Part shown: positions 35,835 to 45,845 of the stretch, in pieces
How the letters are laid out: each line of letters begins with the position of its first letter
How positions within the stretch are numbered: position 1 is the first letter of the stretch
Assembly (NCBI GenBank): GCA_023131975.1
Contig: JAGLYV010000054.1
Span: 5,191 to 69,190, forward strand
DNA: 64,000 bases
Reading direction: 5' to 3'
Source: Candidatus Krumholzibacteriia bacterium
GTDB lineage: Bacteria; Krumholzibacteriota; Krumholzibacteriia; Krumholzibacteriales; Krumholzibacteriaceae
Made by a program: the position numbers and the translations under genes
The notes under the pieces: model-generated
Database searches by the model: none
The model's input: only the letters and a program-made list of their open reading frames with translations
What the model was told of the DNA's origin: nothing

Positions 35835-36718
35835 TGACGGATGGTATAGTCGATGTAGTCGTCCTCAACTGGAACGGACAGGATGTGATCATACCCTGCC
35901 TCGAGTCGCTCGGAAAGGTCGCGGATCCTCCACTTCGAGTGATGGTAGTGGATAACGCTTCGACTGACGGATCGGCGGACCTCGTGAGAGAAAAATATCC
36001 CGGGATCGAACTTGTAGAGAATCCGCGGAATCTTCTATTCGCGGAGGGGAACAATGTCGGCCTGCGGAAGATCATGGAAAGGGGTGGACGTTACCTTCTT
36101 CTACTCAACAACGACACGGAAGTCGATCCTGATTTCATCAGGGAGATGATGAAGGGCATGGATGACGATGAAGCGGGGATAGTGGGGCCCAAGATATTCT
36201 ATTTCGACAAACCGTCCACGATCTGGTATGGAGGTGGCGGGTTTATCCCCCTGCTATGGATCCCGAAACATGAAAATATTAGAAAGAACGAAACTCCTGA
36301 TGATGATGTGATCCGCTCGACGGAGTGGGTATCAGGATGTGCGATGCTCGTGCGCAGAGAAGTCTTCGAGGAAATAGGGTTGCTCGATCCCCTGTATACG
36401 ATCTATTGTGAGGATGTGGATCTTTGCCTGCGGGCGCGTGAGGTGGGGTGGAAATGTCTCTATGCTCCCCACGCCCGTGTATGGCACAAGGTAAGCTCAT
36501 CGAGTGGGGGAGGGATGACCCCATTCAAGCTGGAGAACAGGATCGCCAGCACGGTCAGGCTGTTTCGCCGCTTCCAGCCGGGATGCTGGAGCATCCTGAT
36601 GGCGCCGGTACATCTGCTGACGTTCATTATCATGCTGGCCGGATTATTGGTCACAGGTCGGCCCGGATTGGCCCGGGCGGCGCTTAAAGGTGCCCGCCGG
36701 GGTCTGAGTGAGCGTTAA
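35831..36718 (+). CDS. Glycosyltransferase family 2 (WbbL/rhamnosyltransferase-like)
   Basis: VVVLNWNG...VVDNASTDGS and an ED motif are present. The start is an ATGA overlap with the upstream gene. Confidence 0.7.
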   Translation: MMTDGIVDVVVLNWNGQDVIIPCLESLGKVADPPLRVMVVDNASTDGSADLVREKYPGIELVENPRNLLFAEGNNVGLRKIMERGGRYLLLLNNDTEVDPDFIREMMKGMDDDEAGIVGPKIFYFDKPSTIWYGGGGFIPLLWIPKHENIRKNETPDDDVIRSTEWVSGCAMLVRREVFEEIGLLDPLYTIYCEDVDLCLRAREVGWKCLYAPHARVWHKVSSSSGGGMTPFKLENRIASTVRLFRRFQPGCWSILMAPVHLLTFIIMLAGLLVTGRPGLARAALKGARRGLSER

Positions 36719-36815
36719 TGCGCTGATGCCGGCGTCCTTTGCAGGTTTACCGCGGGAACGTTAAGTGATAGGATCAGAAAAAGCGCGCGTATATGGATGA
36801 TTCGAGGAGGTTTTT

Positions 36816-39275
36816 TTGGCAAATGACAGAGAACCCGGCAGGACGTTTGATCCTGTAACATGGCTGGATTCCGCCGCGAACTGGCAAAAAGGACTTGTAC
36901 TTGTAGTATTCCTGGTCATCGTGCTCTGTCTTCTCGTGCCCGATCTGATATTCAGTAACAAGATCTTTCTGGTCCCGGACACCAAGGCTCCTATCAGTTT
37001 CAGTGAAGTCGGGAAACAGGAGCTCACCGAGGGGACATATCCTCTATGGAATCCGTATCTGTTCTGCGGTATGCCCAGCTATCAGAGCCTTTCATATACT
37101 CCATACGTATATCCTCCCGCGTTCCTGACGTATATCCTTCAGGAGTTCATGGGATTCCCCGAGATGACATGGCTGCTGATCCACTATTTGATGGCAGGTG
37201 TCGGTATATACCTTCTTGTAAGGTCTTTCGATGTCAGAAGCTCGATCGCCATCATGGCCGGCGCCATATTCATGATCATGCCTAATTTTATCGCGGTGGG
37301 CGCGCACGGTCACGGCTCCCAGGCCTGTTCTACAGCCTATATACCATTCGCTCTTCTGTTCTGCAGGAATATTCTTTCAGGGCGTTCCAGGCTACTGAAT
37401 TCGGGACTTCTCGCTGTCGCGCTGGGGTTCCAGATGCTTCGGGGCCATATCCAGATCTCCTACTACACCTATCTTATTATCGGGTTCTTTGTCTTACTTC
37501 ATTCGGTATGTCTTGCCAGAGACCGGAAGTGGAAAGAGCTTGCCGGCAACATCGGGTTACTGGTATTCAGTATGGTCCTGGCCCTTGGAATATCGTCGGT
37601 CCTGGTATTCCCCGTGAGAGCCTATGCGGACTATTCTATCAGGGGAGGGGATGGAGGAGGCCTGGGTTACGATTATGCTACCGGATGGAGCCTTCATCCG
37701 CGCGAGATGCTTACCTTCATCTTTCCGTGGTCCTATGGATTCGGGAAGGGCACATACTGGGGCAGTATGCCTTTTACCGATTATCCGAATTATCTGGGAG
37801 TAATCACGGCGGTCTTTTCTCTACTGGCAATGACCGTGGTCAGGACCAGATGGAAGTGGTATTTCTTTTCCGCCGCTGTCCTGGCGACACTGATATCGTT
37901 CGGAAGGTTTTTCCCGGTCCTCTATGATCCCATGTTCAGGTTCATGCCTTTCTTTAACAAGTTCAGGGTGCCCGTGATGATATTGATCGTCCAGCAGGTG
38001 ATGTTCGTTGTCCTGATGGCGCTTGGGATCGAGGAATATATCAGATTGTCATCCGAGGACAGACTTCCGGCTTTTCTCAGAGTGGAAAAGCTCAAATGGG
38101 TGCTGATCGCCATGGCCGCGCTCCTGGTGATCGTCCTTGTAGCGGGTAATTCGATTCAGGACGGACTCGCCGGCGATACGGCTGTCAGGGGAAGAGTCAG
38201 GCCCCAGATGATCAGGGTGGCGGCTTCTTCCTTCGCGACGGATCTTGTAAGGACCCTGTTTATCGTTGCGGCAGTGGTGGGGATCCTGTTCGTTGCTTCA
38301 TGGAAGCGCTTGAAGCCCGGCCTGGTAATAACTTTCCTCGCGCTGCTGGCTTTATTCGATATGATCACGATAGATCACTCAGTCCTGAGACCAGAGAAGA
38401 CCTGGGCTTCCGACAGGTACAGGATCATCCAGAAAGTGGAGGCCAGGGATTCTTTTAAAGAAGAAAACAAGGTTGCCCCGATACTGGCGTTTGACGATTC
38501 CATGTTCAGGGTCTTCCCCGTTCCATACGCGAAACCGGGTAGCTGGAGTCACAACGCATTTCCGTTCAGCGACAACAGCTACATGATCTCCGGCGTCTTT
38601 TCTCTCGGTGGATATCACGCGGCGAAACTGAAGAACTACCAGGATGTGATGGATGTGATATTTGCCAGTTTCAACAGGGGAAGGATTCCCGACAAGATAC
38701 TCAACATGCTTGGCGCGAAGTATTTTGTGTCTCTTCAGCCCCTGTCCTGGGAGCGTTTCGGCTACACGAAAATACACGAGGAGGAAGGGAATAATATCTA
38801 TTTGAACCCGGCAGCTCTTCCGCGCGTATTTTTTGTGGACAGGATAAAAGTGATGACGAAAGATGAGGCGTTGACTCATCTCGTTTCCTCTACCTTCGAC
38901 CCTTCTTCTGAAGTACTCCTGCAGGCCATCCCTGAAGGCACGATCGACTCGGCCGTGGGAAGCAGTGCTGAAATAACTGATTACAGGCTCAACTCGATAA
39001 AGATCAATGCGAATGTGGATAAATCATGTATAATGGTATTAAGTGAGATCGATTATCCTGACTGGACGGCAGAAATAGACGGGGAAAAGGTCCCTGTGAT
39101 AACTGCGGATTACTGTCTAAGAGCTATAGTGGTCGGGCCGGGAGAACATGAGGTTGTTTTCAGGTATGAATCACCGTTACTGAAAAGGTCTCTGATCGTC
39201 TCGGTCATCTCTCTACTGATTTCTCTTCTTGCGGTCGGTTTGTCGCGATTTTTTCCCGCAAGAAAGGTGGCATGA
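36816..39275 (+). CDS. YfhO-family GT-C membrane glycosyltransferase
   Basis: YPLWNPYLFCGMPSYQS is present at the N-terminus. About 13 TM helices are followed by a large C-terminal extracytoplasmic domain. GAGGAGG lies 5 nt before the TTG start. Confidence 0.75.
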   Translation: MANDREPGRTFDPVTWLDSAANWQKGLVLVVFLVIVLCLLVPDLIFSNKIFLVPDTKAPISFSEVGKQELTEGTYPLWNPYLFCGMPSYQSLSYTPYVYPPAFLTYILQEFMGFPEMTWLLIHYLMAGVGIYLLVRSFDVRSSIAIMAGAIFMIMPNFIAVGAHGHGSQACSTAYIPFALLFCRNILSGRSRLLNSGLLAVALGFQMLRGHIQISYYTYLIIGFFVLLHSVCLARDRKWKELAGNIGLLVFSMVLALGISSVLVFPVRAYADYSIRGGDGGGLGYDYATGWSLHPREMLTFIFPWSYGFGKGTYWGSMPFTDYPNYLGVITAVFSLLAMTVVRTRWKWYFFSAAVLATLISFGRFFPVLYDPMFRFMPFFNKFRVPVMILIVQQVMFVVLMALGIEEYIRLSSEDRLPAFLRVEKLKWVLIAMAALLVIVLVAGNSIQDGLAGDTAVRGRVRPQMIRVAASSFATDLVRTLFIVAAVVGILFVASWKRLKPGLVITFLALLALFDMITIDHSVLRPEKTWASDRYRIIQKVEARDSFKEENKVAPILAFDDSMFRVFPVPYAKPGSWSHNAFPFSDNSYMISGVFSLGGYHAAKLKNYQDVMDVIFASFNRGRIPDKILNMLGAKYFVSLQPLSWERFGYTKIHEEEGNNIYLNPAALPRVFFVDRIKVMTKDEALTHLVSSTFDPSSEVLLQAIPEGTIDSAVGSSAEITDYRLNSIKINANVDKSCIMVLSEIDYPDWTAEIDGEKVPVITADYCLRAIVVGPGEHEVVFRYESPLLKRSLIVSVISLLISLLAVGLSRFFPARKVA

Positions 39276-39994
39276 TCTTGGAAGCACTTGTTGTCATACC
39301 GACATACAATGAGAAAGAGAATATACGGCAGATCATCGAATCGGCGCTGTCGCAGGGCGGCAATATAGAGGTGCTTGTAGTCGATGATAATTCTCCTGAC
39401 GGTACAGGCGATATCGTGGACAGTCTCTGCGAAACCAATCCCCGTATTCATGTCATTCACAGGGAAGGTAAACTGGGGCTCGGATCGGCCTATATAAAAG
39501 GGTTCAAATGGGCACTGGAGAATACGGACGCGAAATATATATTCGAGATGGATGCTGATTTTTCGCACGACCCCGGCGCGATTCCGGAATTTCTTGAAGA
39601 GATCGCGGAGAACGACCTGATTATAGGGTCGCGCTATCTCAACGGTATCAGGGTCATAAACTGGCCCCTGAGCAGACTTTTCCTCAGTACCGGGGCCAAC
39701 ATCTATACAGGTATCATTACCGGTCTTCCCCTGAAAGATTCTACCGGGGGGTTCAAGTGTTTCAGGCGAGAGGTCCTGGCCGCTCTTCCCCTGGATACTA
39801 TTCGTAGCGACGGGTATTCGTTCCAGATAGAGATGAACTTTTTCTGTTGGAAAAAAGGGTTCAGGATAAAAGAGATCCCTATAATCTTTACGGACAGGAG
39901 AATCGGTACCTCCAAGATGTCCAGGAAGATCATATGGGAAGCGGCGTTCATGGTCTGGCGCCTCAGATTCATGTCTCCCCGGCGATGGAAATAA
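39272..39994 (+). CDS. GT2 polyprenol-phosphate mannosyl/glucosyl transferase (Dpm1/Ppm1-like, soluble form)
   Basis: VVIPTYNEKENI...VVDDNSPDGT and the DXD motif DADFSHDP are present, with no TM region. The start is an ATGA overlap with yfhO. Confidence 0.75.
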   Translation: MILEALVVIPTYNEKENIRQIIESALSQGGNIEVLVVDDNSPDGTGDIVDSLCETNPRIHVIHREGKLGLGSAYIKGFKWALENTDAKYIFEMDADFSHDPGAIPEFLEEIAENDLIIGSRYLNGIRVINWPLSRLFLSTGANIYTGIITGLPLKDSTGGFKCFRREVLAALPLDTIRSDGYSFQIEMNFFCWKKGFRIKEIPIIFTDRRIGTSKMSRKIIWEAAFMVWRLRFMSPRRWK

Positions 39995-42064
39995 ATGGAT
40001 CTTTCTATAATCATCATCACGTACAACAGCCGAGTGCCTGTGGAGAAGTGTCTCCGGTCGATAGCCCAGAACCCTCCATCCTGTTCCTATGAGACGATCG
40101 TCATAGACAACGACAGCTCGGACGATACGGTAGCGATCGTGTCGGATGGATTTCCCGACTGCCGCATTGTCTCCAATGGCGATAACAGGGGATATTCCAG
40201 GGGAGTCAACCAGGGGATAGATATTTCCGATGGAGAGTACGTCCTGATCCTCAATCCCGATATAGAAGTCTCGGAAGGGTCGCTGGACAAGCTGGTCGAA
40301 TTCATGTGGACTCATCCGGAAGCGGGAATGGCCGGGTCAAGACTTCAATATCCCGATGGGACACTTCAGTATTCCTGCCGGTCGTTCTATACGATCAGCG
40401 CTCTTTTTCTCAGAAGGACTTTTCTCGGAAAGATATTTCCCCGCGCCAGAGCTTTGAGAGACCATCTCCTGCTCGACTATGACCACGAGGAAGAGAGGGA
40501 GGTAGACTGGCTTCTTGGGGCCTGCCTTATCGTCAGAAGGAGCGCTCTGAAAAAAGTCGGCAAGATGGACGAAAGATTTTTTCTCTACTTCGAGGATACG
40601 GACTGGTGCTTCAGGATGCACCAGCATGACTGGCAGGTCTGGTATATTCCATCATCTGTCATGATACATAGCTATGAACGGTCGAGCGCCGGGTCGGTTT
40701 TCAGAAAACCGTTTCTGTTTCATATGCTCAGTCTGTTGAGGTATTACGAGAAATGGGCCGGCGTGTTCTATTTTTTCCGGCGGCACCGGGGAGTATTAAA
40801 ATCTTTCGTCTTTGTGACATCTGATCTGGTAGCCATCAACGCGGCTTTCTTTGCGGCATACGGTCTGAGAGGGGCGATACAGCCGCTTTTTACGAACAGA
40901 CTTTATCCCCTCGACTGGTATGCTTTCTTCATCGTCTTCTACAATCTGATCTTTTTCATGATCTTTCTCGTGGGAGGCCTGTACAGGATAAGACGTGAGA
41001 CTACTGTCACCTCCGAGCTGTTCAAGGTGGTCAGATCGGTGCTTACTACCTTTGCCATCCTGCTTGCCGCGACATATCTGACACGGATACGTATTTATTC
41101 AAGGGCTGTGTTGCTTGGACAGGCTGTGTTTACCATAGCTTTTGTTACCGGCATCCGGAGGCTTCTCAGGTCCGTCCATGTGCGTATGGTAAGGGCCAGT
41201 TTTGACCTGAAGAGGATACTTCTGATCGGTAACGATCAGGAAGTGGAGGAAATCTCGAAATTGATCAGGGAACACCCCTCGCTCGGAATGGATATTGTGG
41301 GTCATGTCGGTGGGAGTGGAAGGACTCTCGGAGACATAGACGATCTTGCTTCCATCGCGGAAAGGTTCAGAATACAGGAGATCGTGGTCATGTCTTCATG
41401 CTTTGAGGATGGTTCGATCTCCGCCATTATCCGAAATTCCGTACGGTCAGTCTTTTCAATCCGGATTGTGGCCCCTGTGGCAAGATTTATCGGTGGAAAT
41501 GAACGTGTTGAAAAACTTGGAAGGTTTTATATCTTTCAGGTAGAAGGTGGTGCTCACCAGCTATTGCGAAGAGGGATCGCGAGAGTGATGGATGTGATTG
41601 CCGGGCTTCTATTTCTGCTTTCCGGGATATGCTACCCTCTCTGGCGAATGTATGGCAGAGCCAGCGGAAGGTTGTCATTTTTTACGGAGCAGAGGACGGG
41701 TTCCGGATCGCGGAAATTGTCCTGGCCCAGGGTGGTCCGTTCAGATGGGAGGGAAGGTTCTGACTTTCTCAAGCCATCTTTCGGCCTCAGGCTGCTTTCC
41801 GGGCAACTGGCCCTGGTCGGGATGCCTTCCGTACTATATGGCACGGTGGACAGGGACATGATCGATATCGGATCAAAGCCCGGGATAACGGGGAAATGGA
41901 GATTCTCAGATTCCGGTGATCTTGAATCGATCCTGGAGGACGAAGTGCTGGATGGGCGATGGAGAACGACAACCGGATATTTCGAGATCCTTTTCGAATC
42001 GTTCGGATACATGTTAAAAGGAAAATACCCCCTGTGGTTCTTCAACAAGGAGATGGACAAGTGA
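39995..42064 (+). CDS. Fusion protein: N-terminal GT2 glycosyltransferase + C-terminal WbaP-like polyprenyl-phosphate sugar phosphotransferase domain; catalytic DE motif not conserved
   Basis: Residues 1-250 are GT2 (IIIITYNS...VIDNDSSDDT). A polytopic region follows, with a CoA-binding-like Rossmann (ILLIGNDQEVEE...GMDIVGHVGG). The Bac_transf-like C-terminus reads LRLLSGQLALVGMPS where LDELPQL..SLVGPRP is expected. Confidence 0.6.
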   Translation: MDLSIIIITYNSRVPVEKCLRSIAQNPPSCSYETIVIDNDSSDDTVAIVSDGFPDCRIVSNGDNRGYSRGVNQGIDISDGEYVLILNPDIEVSEGSLDKLVEFMWTHPEAGMAGSRLQYPDGTLQYSCRSFYTISALFLRRTFLGKIFPRARALRDHLLLDYDHEEEREVDWLLGACLIVRRSALKKVGKMDERFFLYFEDTDWCFRMHQHDWQVWYIPSSVMIHSYERSSAGSVFRKPFLFHMLSLLRYYEKWAGVFYFFRRHRGVLKSFVFVTSDLVAINAAFFAAYGLRGAIQPLFTNRLYPLDWYAFFIVFYNLIFFMIFLVGGLYRIRRETTVTSELFKVVRSVLTTFAILLAATYLTRIRIYSRAVLLGQAVFTIAFVTGIRRLLRSVHVRMVRASFDLKRILLIGNDQEVEEISKLIREHPSLGMDIVGHVGGSGRTLGDIDDLASIAERFRIQEIVVMSSCFEDGSISAIIRNSVRSVFSIRIVAPVARFIGGNERVEKLGRFYIFQVEGGAHQLLRRGIARVMDVIAGLLFLLSGICYPLWRMYGRASGRLSFFTEQRTGSGSRKLSWPRVVRSDGREGSDFLKPSFGLRLLSGQLALVGMPSVLYGTVDRDMIDIGSKPGITGKWRFSDSGDLESILEDEVLDGRWRTTTGYFEILFESFGYMLKGKYPLWFFNKEMDK

Positions 42065-44394
42065 AACGCTCGATCTTGATACTTGTTTGTGTATTGTTCG
42101 GGTTTGCGGGCAGCGCGTCCGGAGCCGCGGGGGACTGGAATGTCTATTTAGATGCCAGCGCGATCGTCGATATTTCGATGATGGGAGACAGCCTCTGGTG
42201 CGCGTCGAATGGTGGAATACTCCTGTTCGATCTCACAGATTCGACATTCACTCAGTTTCTGGATGGTCTGCAGTTGAGATCAGGCGATATTAGTTCGGTA
42301 GAGATCGACATTAACGGGAGTATCTGGGCCGGGTTCCTGTCAAAGGGAATGGTGAGGATAGACGACCCCGGAATTACTTCGGAGGTTACGCATTTCAGCG
42401 AAAACTCTCCTTTCAACCAGATCCTCAGCGACAGTGTGACATGTCTGGAAAGAGCCGGTAGCGACGTATACTATGGTACCACGAGGGGTATCAGAAAATT
42501 CTTTGATAATATCCATTCCTTCGAACCGAATCTTTCCGATAGTCTTGCCGGAAGAAAGATCAACGATCTCTTTTTCGATGGATCGATCAATTCTCTATGG
42601 ATAGGGTTCGATCACGGTGTTGCCCTGTTCGACAGGGGGTCCTTCGAATACAGGTCCTGGAATGTCGGTCAGGTACACTCGATATGCGAGCACCAGGGAG
42701 GGATGTACATCGCCACGGATACTGGAGTGCTGCTTTTCAATGGAACTGACTGGGAAGATACGGGAGGTGGTTTCCATGTGCCGCCCGTATTGGGGATCTC
42801 CTCGGGAGGTGGTGAGATCTTCGCTGCTACCGCGGAGAGAGTGTACAGGTATAACGGGACTTACTGGGCGAGTGTCGAGGCTACCGGCCTGAAGACGATC
42901 TTCAACGATGATTACAGGATAAAGTCGAATCATATCAGGACGATCGTAGTCGATGACAACGGTTCTCCCTGGATCGGGGGAAGGAGACCTGAAGGAGGGA
43001 TCAGGGGCAGTTACCTCTCCACTTACGATGGCGTTGCCTGGAAAAATAAACGTATGAAGCAGCTTTCGCAGAACAGTGTCATCAGGGTCGACACCGCTCC
43101 GGGAGGAAGCGTCTGGGTCAGCACCGGATATGGTATCAACTATCTGTCGCCGACAGGAGGCTGGTCGGTATATACAAAGATGAGGATCGATACGGGGGAT
43201 GACGAGGCCCTCTCATATTTTGCCTCGAACCTCGCGCTGCTTTTTGACGACCAGAACATACTCTGGTGCAATTCACTCAACTATGATCTGGACATGATAG
43301 ACGTGGGAGATCCCTTTGACCCGGACGATGATATCTGGAGGCATTTTTCGACGGATGACCTGACGAGCATCACATCGGACCGGTTTGTCAGTGCCAGACT
43401 CGACCCGGTCGGAAACAGGTGGTTTCTCTCCGACGATGATCTGCAGCAGGAAGGGAAATGGGGAATCGACATTGTTGACAGAACTGCCTCGAACTGGCTT
43501 TCGGTCAACCCGGGAACGACACCGGCTATGGCTGGTGGGGCGATCTTTGATTGCGCTTTCGATGCCGCGGGAGTCTATCTCGCGATGCGTGGATATGGAG
43601 TCCAGTACTGGCACACCGGCGGATTTTCGTGGGACGACCTCACGAACACTTCAGACGATTACTGGATAACGGTCCTCGATCAGGATGACCTGCCCGCGAC
43701 TCAGCTTACATCGATCGAGATCTCGAATGACGGTTCCCGCTGGATCGGTACTTCTTCGGGGCTGGTGCATGATCGTGGTATCGACGGAATCGATTCTTTT
43801 TCGGTGAAGACCAGCTACAGCGGTGAAGGCCTGGTCGGACTGCTGGTCTATGACCTCGAATTCGACGCATACGGAAATCTCTGGGTAGCTACCAATCAGG
43901 GTCTTAACAGGATCAATCCCGATGGAGAGATCGACAGGGTATATACGACGGCGTCCCTCTGGGAGGACCGGTTCCAGTTTGTCTATCCTGAAACGGTTAT
44001 TTCTCCTCTACCTTCTCCTGTCTGCCTGTGGCTGGCCTGCGACGGGGCGGAGGACATCTTGTGGATAGCTACCGATGCCGGACTCGCCCGGCTTGATGTC
44101 ACTCCCGAAGTGGAAGTAGATATCCAGCTGGTACGGGCCGTGCTTTACCCTAATCCGATCCATACCGCGAGGGGTGACGACAGGTTGAGGATATCCCGGA
44201 TTTCGGGTACAGTCGATATAAGGGTATATACTCTGGCAGGTGAACTTGTGCATGAAGTGGACGGAGTCTCCGATGGTGGAGAAGCCTGGGACCTGCTTTC
44301 CATAAACGGATACAAGGCCGTTTCAGGCATCTATATTGTAAGGATCATTGGTACGAACAGTAGCGAGGTGAGAAAGGTCGCGATTATCAGATGA
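42061..44394 (+). CDS. Secreted beta-propeller (two-component-regulator-propeller-like repeats) protein with T9SS-type C-terminal sorting domain
   Basis: A signal peptide MKRSILILVCVLFGFAGSASG follows a GTG at 42061 that overlaps the upstream stop. Repeated W..T..G propeller blades are present. The C-terminal LYPNP...VDIRVYTLAGELV...SGIYIVRI matches a Por_Secre_tail/FlgD-Ig domain. Confidence 0.7.
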   Translation: MKRSILILVCVLFGFAGSASGAAGDWNVYLDASAIVDISMMGDSLWCASNGGILLFDLTDSTFTQFLDGLQLRSGDISSVEIDINGSIWAGFLSKGMVRIDDPGITSEVTHFSENSPFNQILSDSVTCLERAGSDVYYGTTRGIRKFFDNIHSFEPNLSDSLAGRKINDLFFDGSINSLWIGFDHGVALFDRGSFEYRSWNVGQVHSICEHQGGMYIATDTGVLLFNGTDWEDTGGGFHVPPVLGISSGGGEIFAATAERVYRYNGTYWASVEATGLKTIFNDDYRIKSNHIRTIVVDDNGSPWIGGRRPEGGIRGSYLSTYDGVAWKNKRMKQLSQNSVIRVDTAPGGSVWVSTGYGINYLSPTGGWSVYTKMRIDTGDDEALSYFASNLALLFDDQNILWCNSLNYDLDMIDVGDPFDPDDDIWRHFSTDDLTSITSDRFVSARLDPVGNRWFLSDDDLQQEGKWGIDIVDRTASNWLSVNPGTTPAMAGGAIFDCAFDAAGVYLAMRGYGVQYWHTGGFSWDDLTNTSDDYWITVLDQDDLPATQLTSIEISNDGSRWIGTSSGLVHDRGIDGIDSFSVKTSYSGEGLVGLLVYDLEFDAYGNLWVATNQGLNRINPDGEIDRVYTTASLWEDRFQFVYPETVISPLPSPVCLWLACDGAEDILWIATDAGLARLDVTPEVEVDIQLVRAVLYPNPIHTARGDDRLRISRISGTVDIRVYTLAGELVHEVDGVSDGGEAWDLLSINGYKAVSGIYIVRIIGTNSSEVRKVAIIR

Positions 44395-45830
44395 TGAACG
44401 AGAGCCGAAAAAAAGTATTGATCGTGGGGGCAGGTGAAGCAGGCAGGATGGTTGCTGACGAGATCAGGTCGCATCCCGGCCTCGATGCCATGGTCGCTGG
44501 ATTTCTCGACGATGATCCGGCCCTGTCGGGTGAAAAGATCGGAGAAGCTATAGTCCTTGGAAATACGGCTGTGCTTCAGGATGTAGTCAGGAATAATGGG
44601 ATCGGAGAGATAATAATCGCCGTGCCGACGGCACCCGGGAAATTCGTGCGGGAGATGGTCAGACGCTGTCGTGAGGCCGGAGTTCCCTACAAGATAGTTC
44701 CCGGTGTCATGGAGATCATAAAGGGTGACGTCCATATCGATCAGATCAGGGAAGTGAGGATCGATGACCTTCTCGGAAGAGAGACGGTAAGTTTCGACGT
44801 GGATGCCGCGAGGAGACATTTTGCCGGCAAGCGTGTCCTGGTCACGGGGGCGGGCGGTTCGATCGGTAGCGAGCTCTGCAGGCAGATAGCCGAAGCCGGC
44901 CCCGAAGGCCTCGTTCTGTTCGGCAGGGGTGAGAACAGTATTTTTGATATCGAGGAAGATCTGAAGGCTGTTGACCCGGACCTGGACATAAGCATGGTGA
45001 TCGGGAATCTTACCGACGCGGGAAAGATCGAGAGGGTACTCTCCGAGTATTCTCCGCATATTGTTTTTCACGCGGCGGCCCATAAGCACGTACACTATAT
45101 GGAAAGAGACCCTTCGGAAGCTGTCACAAACAATGTAAAAGGAAGCATAGGCCTGATCAGGGCCTGTGATCGTTCCGGAGTAGAACGTTTTGTTTTCATC
45201 TCCAGCGACAAGGCTGCCGATCCGACAGGAGTGATGGGTGCTACCAAGAGAGTCATCGAGATATTTTTGAGTGAGTTCGAGGGAGCAGACAGGTGCAGCT
45301 ATATCACCGTCAGGTTTGGAAATGTTATAGGAAGCCGTGGCAGTGTTGTCCCACTCTTCCTGAGGCAGATCGCTCGTGGAGGTCCGGTGACTGTCAGCGA
45401 TGCGGAAGCGACAAGGTTTTTCATGACGGTTCGTGAGGCTGCTTCACTCGTTATCAGGTCTTCGATTATCGGTAATGGCGGAGAGATATTCATCCTCGAT
45501 ATGGGAGAACCTGTAAATATCCTTGAAATGGCGAGAGATATCATCATGCTTACAGGGCATGAGCCTGACGCGGAGATCCCGATCAGGATCACCGGTCTCA
45601 GGGACGGCGAAAAACTTCACGAAGTCCTGAGTAGTGAAAAAGAACTCCTTAAGCCGTCAGAGGACGATAAGATCTTTTCCGCGATTCCGTCAGGCAAGGT
45701 CCCGGAAAACATTACGGGCAAGATCGATCAGTTGATCGAGGAAGCGGAAAAGGGTGACCATGATGAAGTCCTTCTTCGTTTATCTGCTATCATTCCTGGA
45801 TTCTCCGCGAATAAAAGACCTCTTTCCTGA
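44391..45830 (+). CDS. Polysaccharide biosynthesis protein CapD/PglF/WbpM-like UDP-sugar 4,6-dehydratase (soluble form)
   Basis: An N-terminal Rossmann VLIVGAGEAGRMVADE is present, followed by a Polysacc_synt_2 core (VLVTGAGGSIGSEL, YGATKRV). Confidence 0.75.
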   Translation: MMNESRKKVLIVGAGEAGRMVADEIRSHPGLDAMVAGFLDDDPALSGEKIGEAIVLGNTAVLQDVVRNNGIGEIIIAVPTAPGKFVREMVRRCREAGVPYKIVPGVMEIIKGDVHIDQIREVRIDDLLGRETVSFDVDAARRHFAGKRVLVTGAGGSIGSELCRQIAEAGPEGLVLFGRGENSIFDIEEDLKAVDPDLDISMVIGNLTDAGKIERVLSEYSPHIVFHAAAHKHVHYMERDPSEAVTNNVKGSIGLIRACDRSGVERFVFISSDKAADPTGVMGATKRVIEIFLSEFEGADRCSYITVRFGNVIGSRGSVVPLFLRQIARGGPVTVSDAEATRFFMTVREAASLVIRSSIIGNGGEIFILDMGEPVNILEMARDIIMLTGHEPDAEIPIRITGLRDGEKLHEVLSSEKELLKPSEDDKIFSAIPSGKVPENITGKIDQLIEEAEKGDHDEVLLRLSAIIPGFSANKRPLS

Positions 45831-45845
45831 AAGAACGGAGTCGTT

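Noticed and set aside
39110-40315. 401-aa minus-strand ORF
   Set aside because: It is antisense to yfhO, the Dpm1-like GT2 and the GT2::WbaP fusion, all of which have clear family motifs. No domain is recognisable in the antisense frame.
41959-42060. N-terminal extension of the propeller/T9SS-CTD ORF
   Set aside because: The signal peptide begins at the GTG at 42061, which overlaps the upstream stop. The extension overlaps the preceding gene and has no signal.
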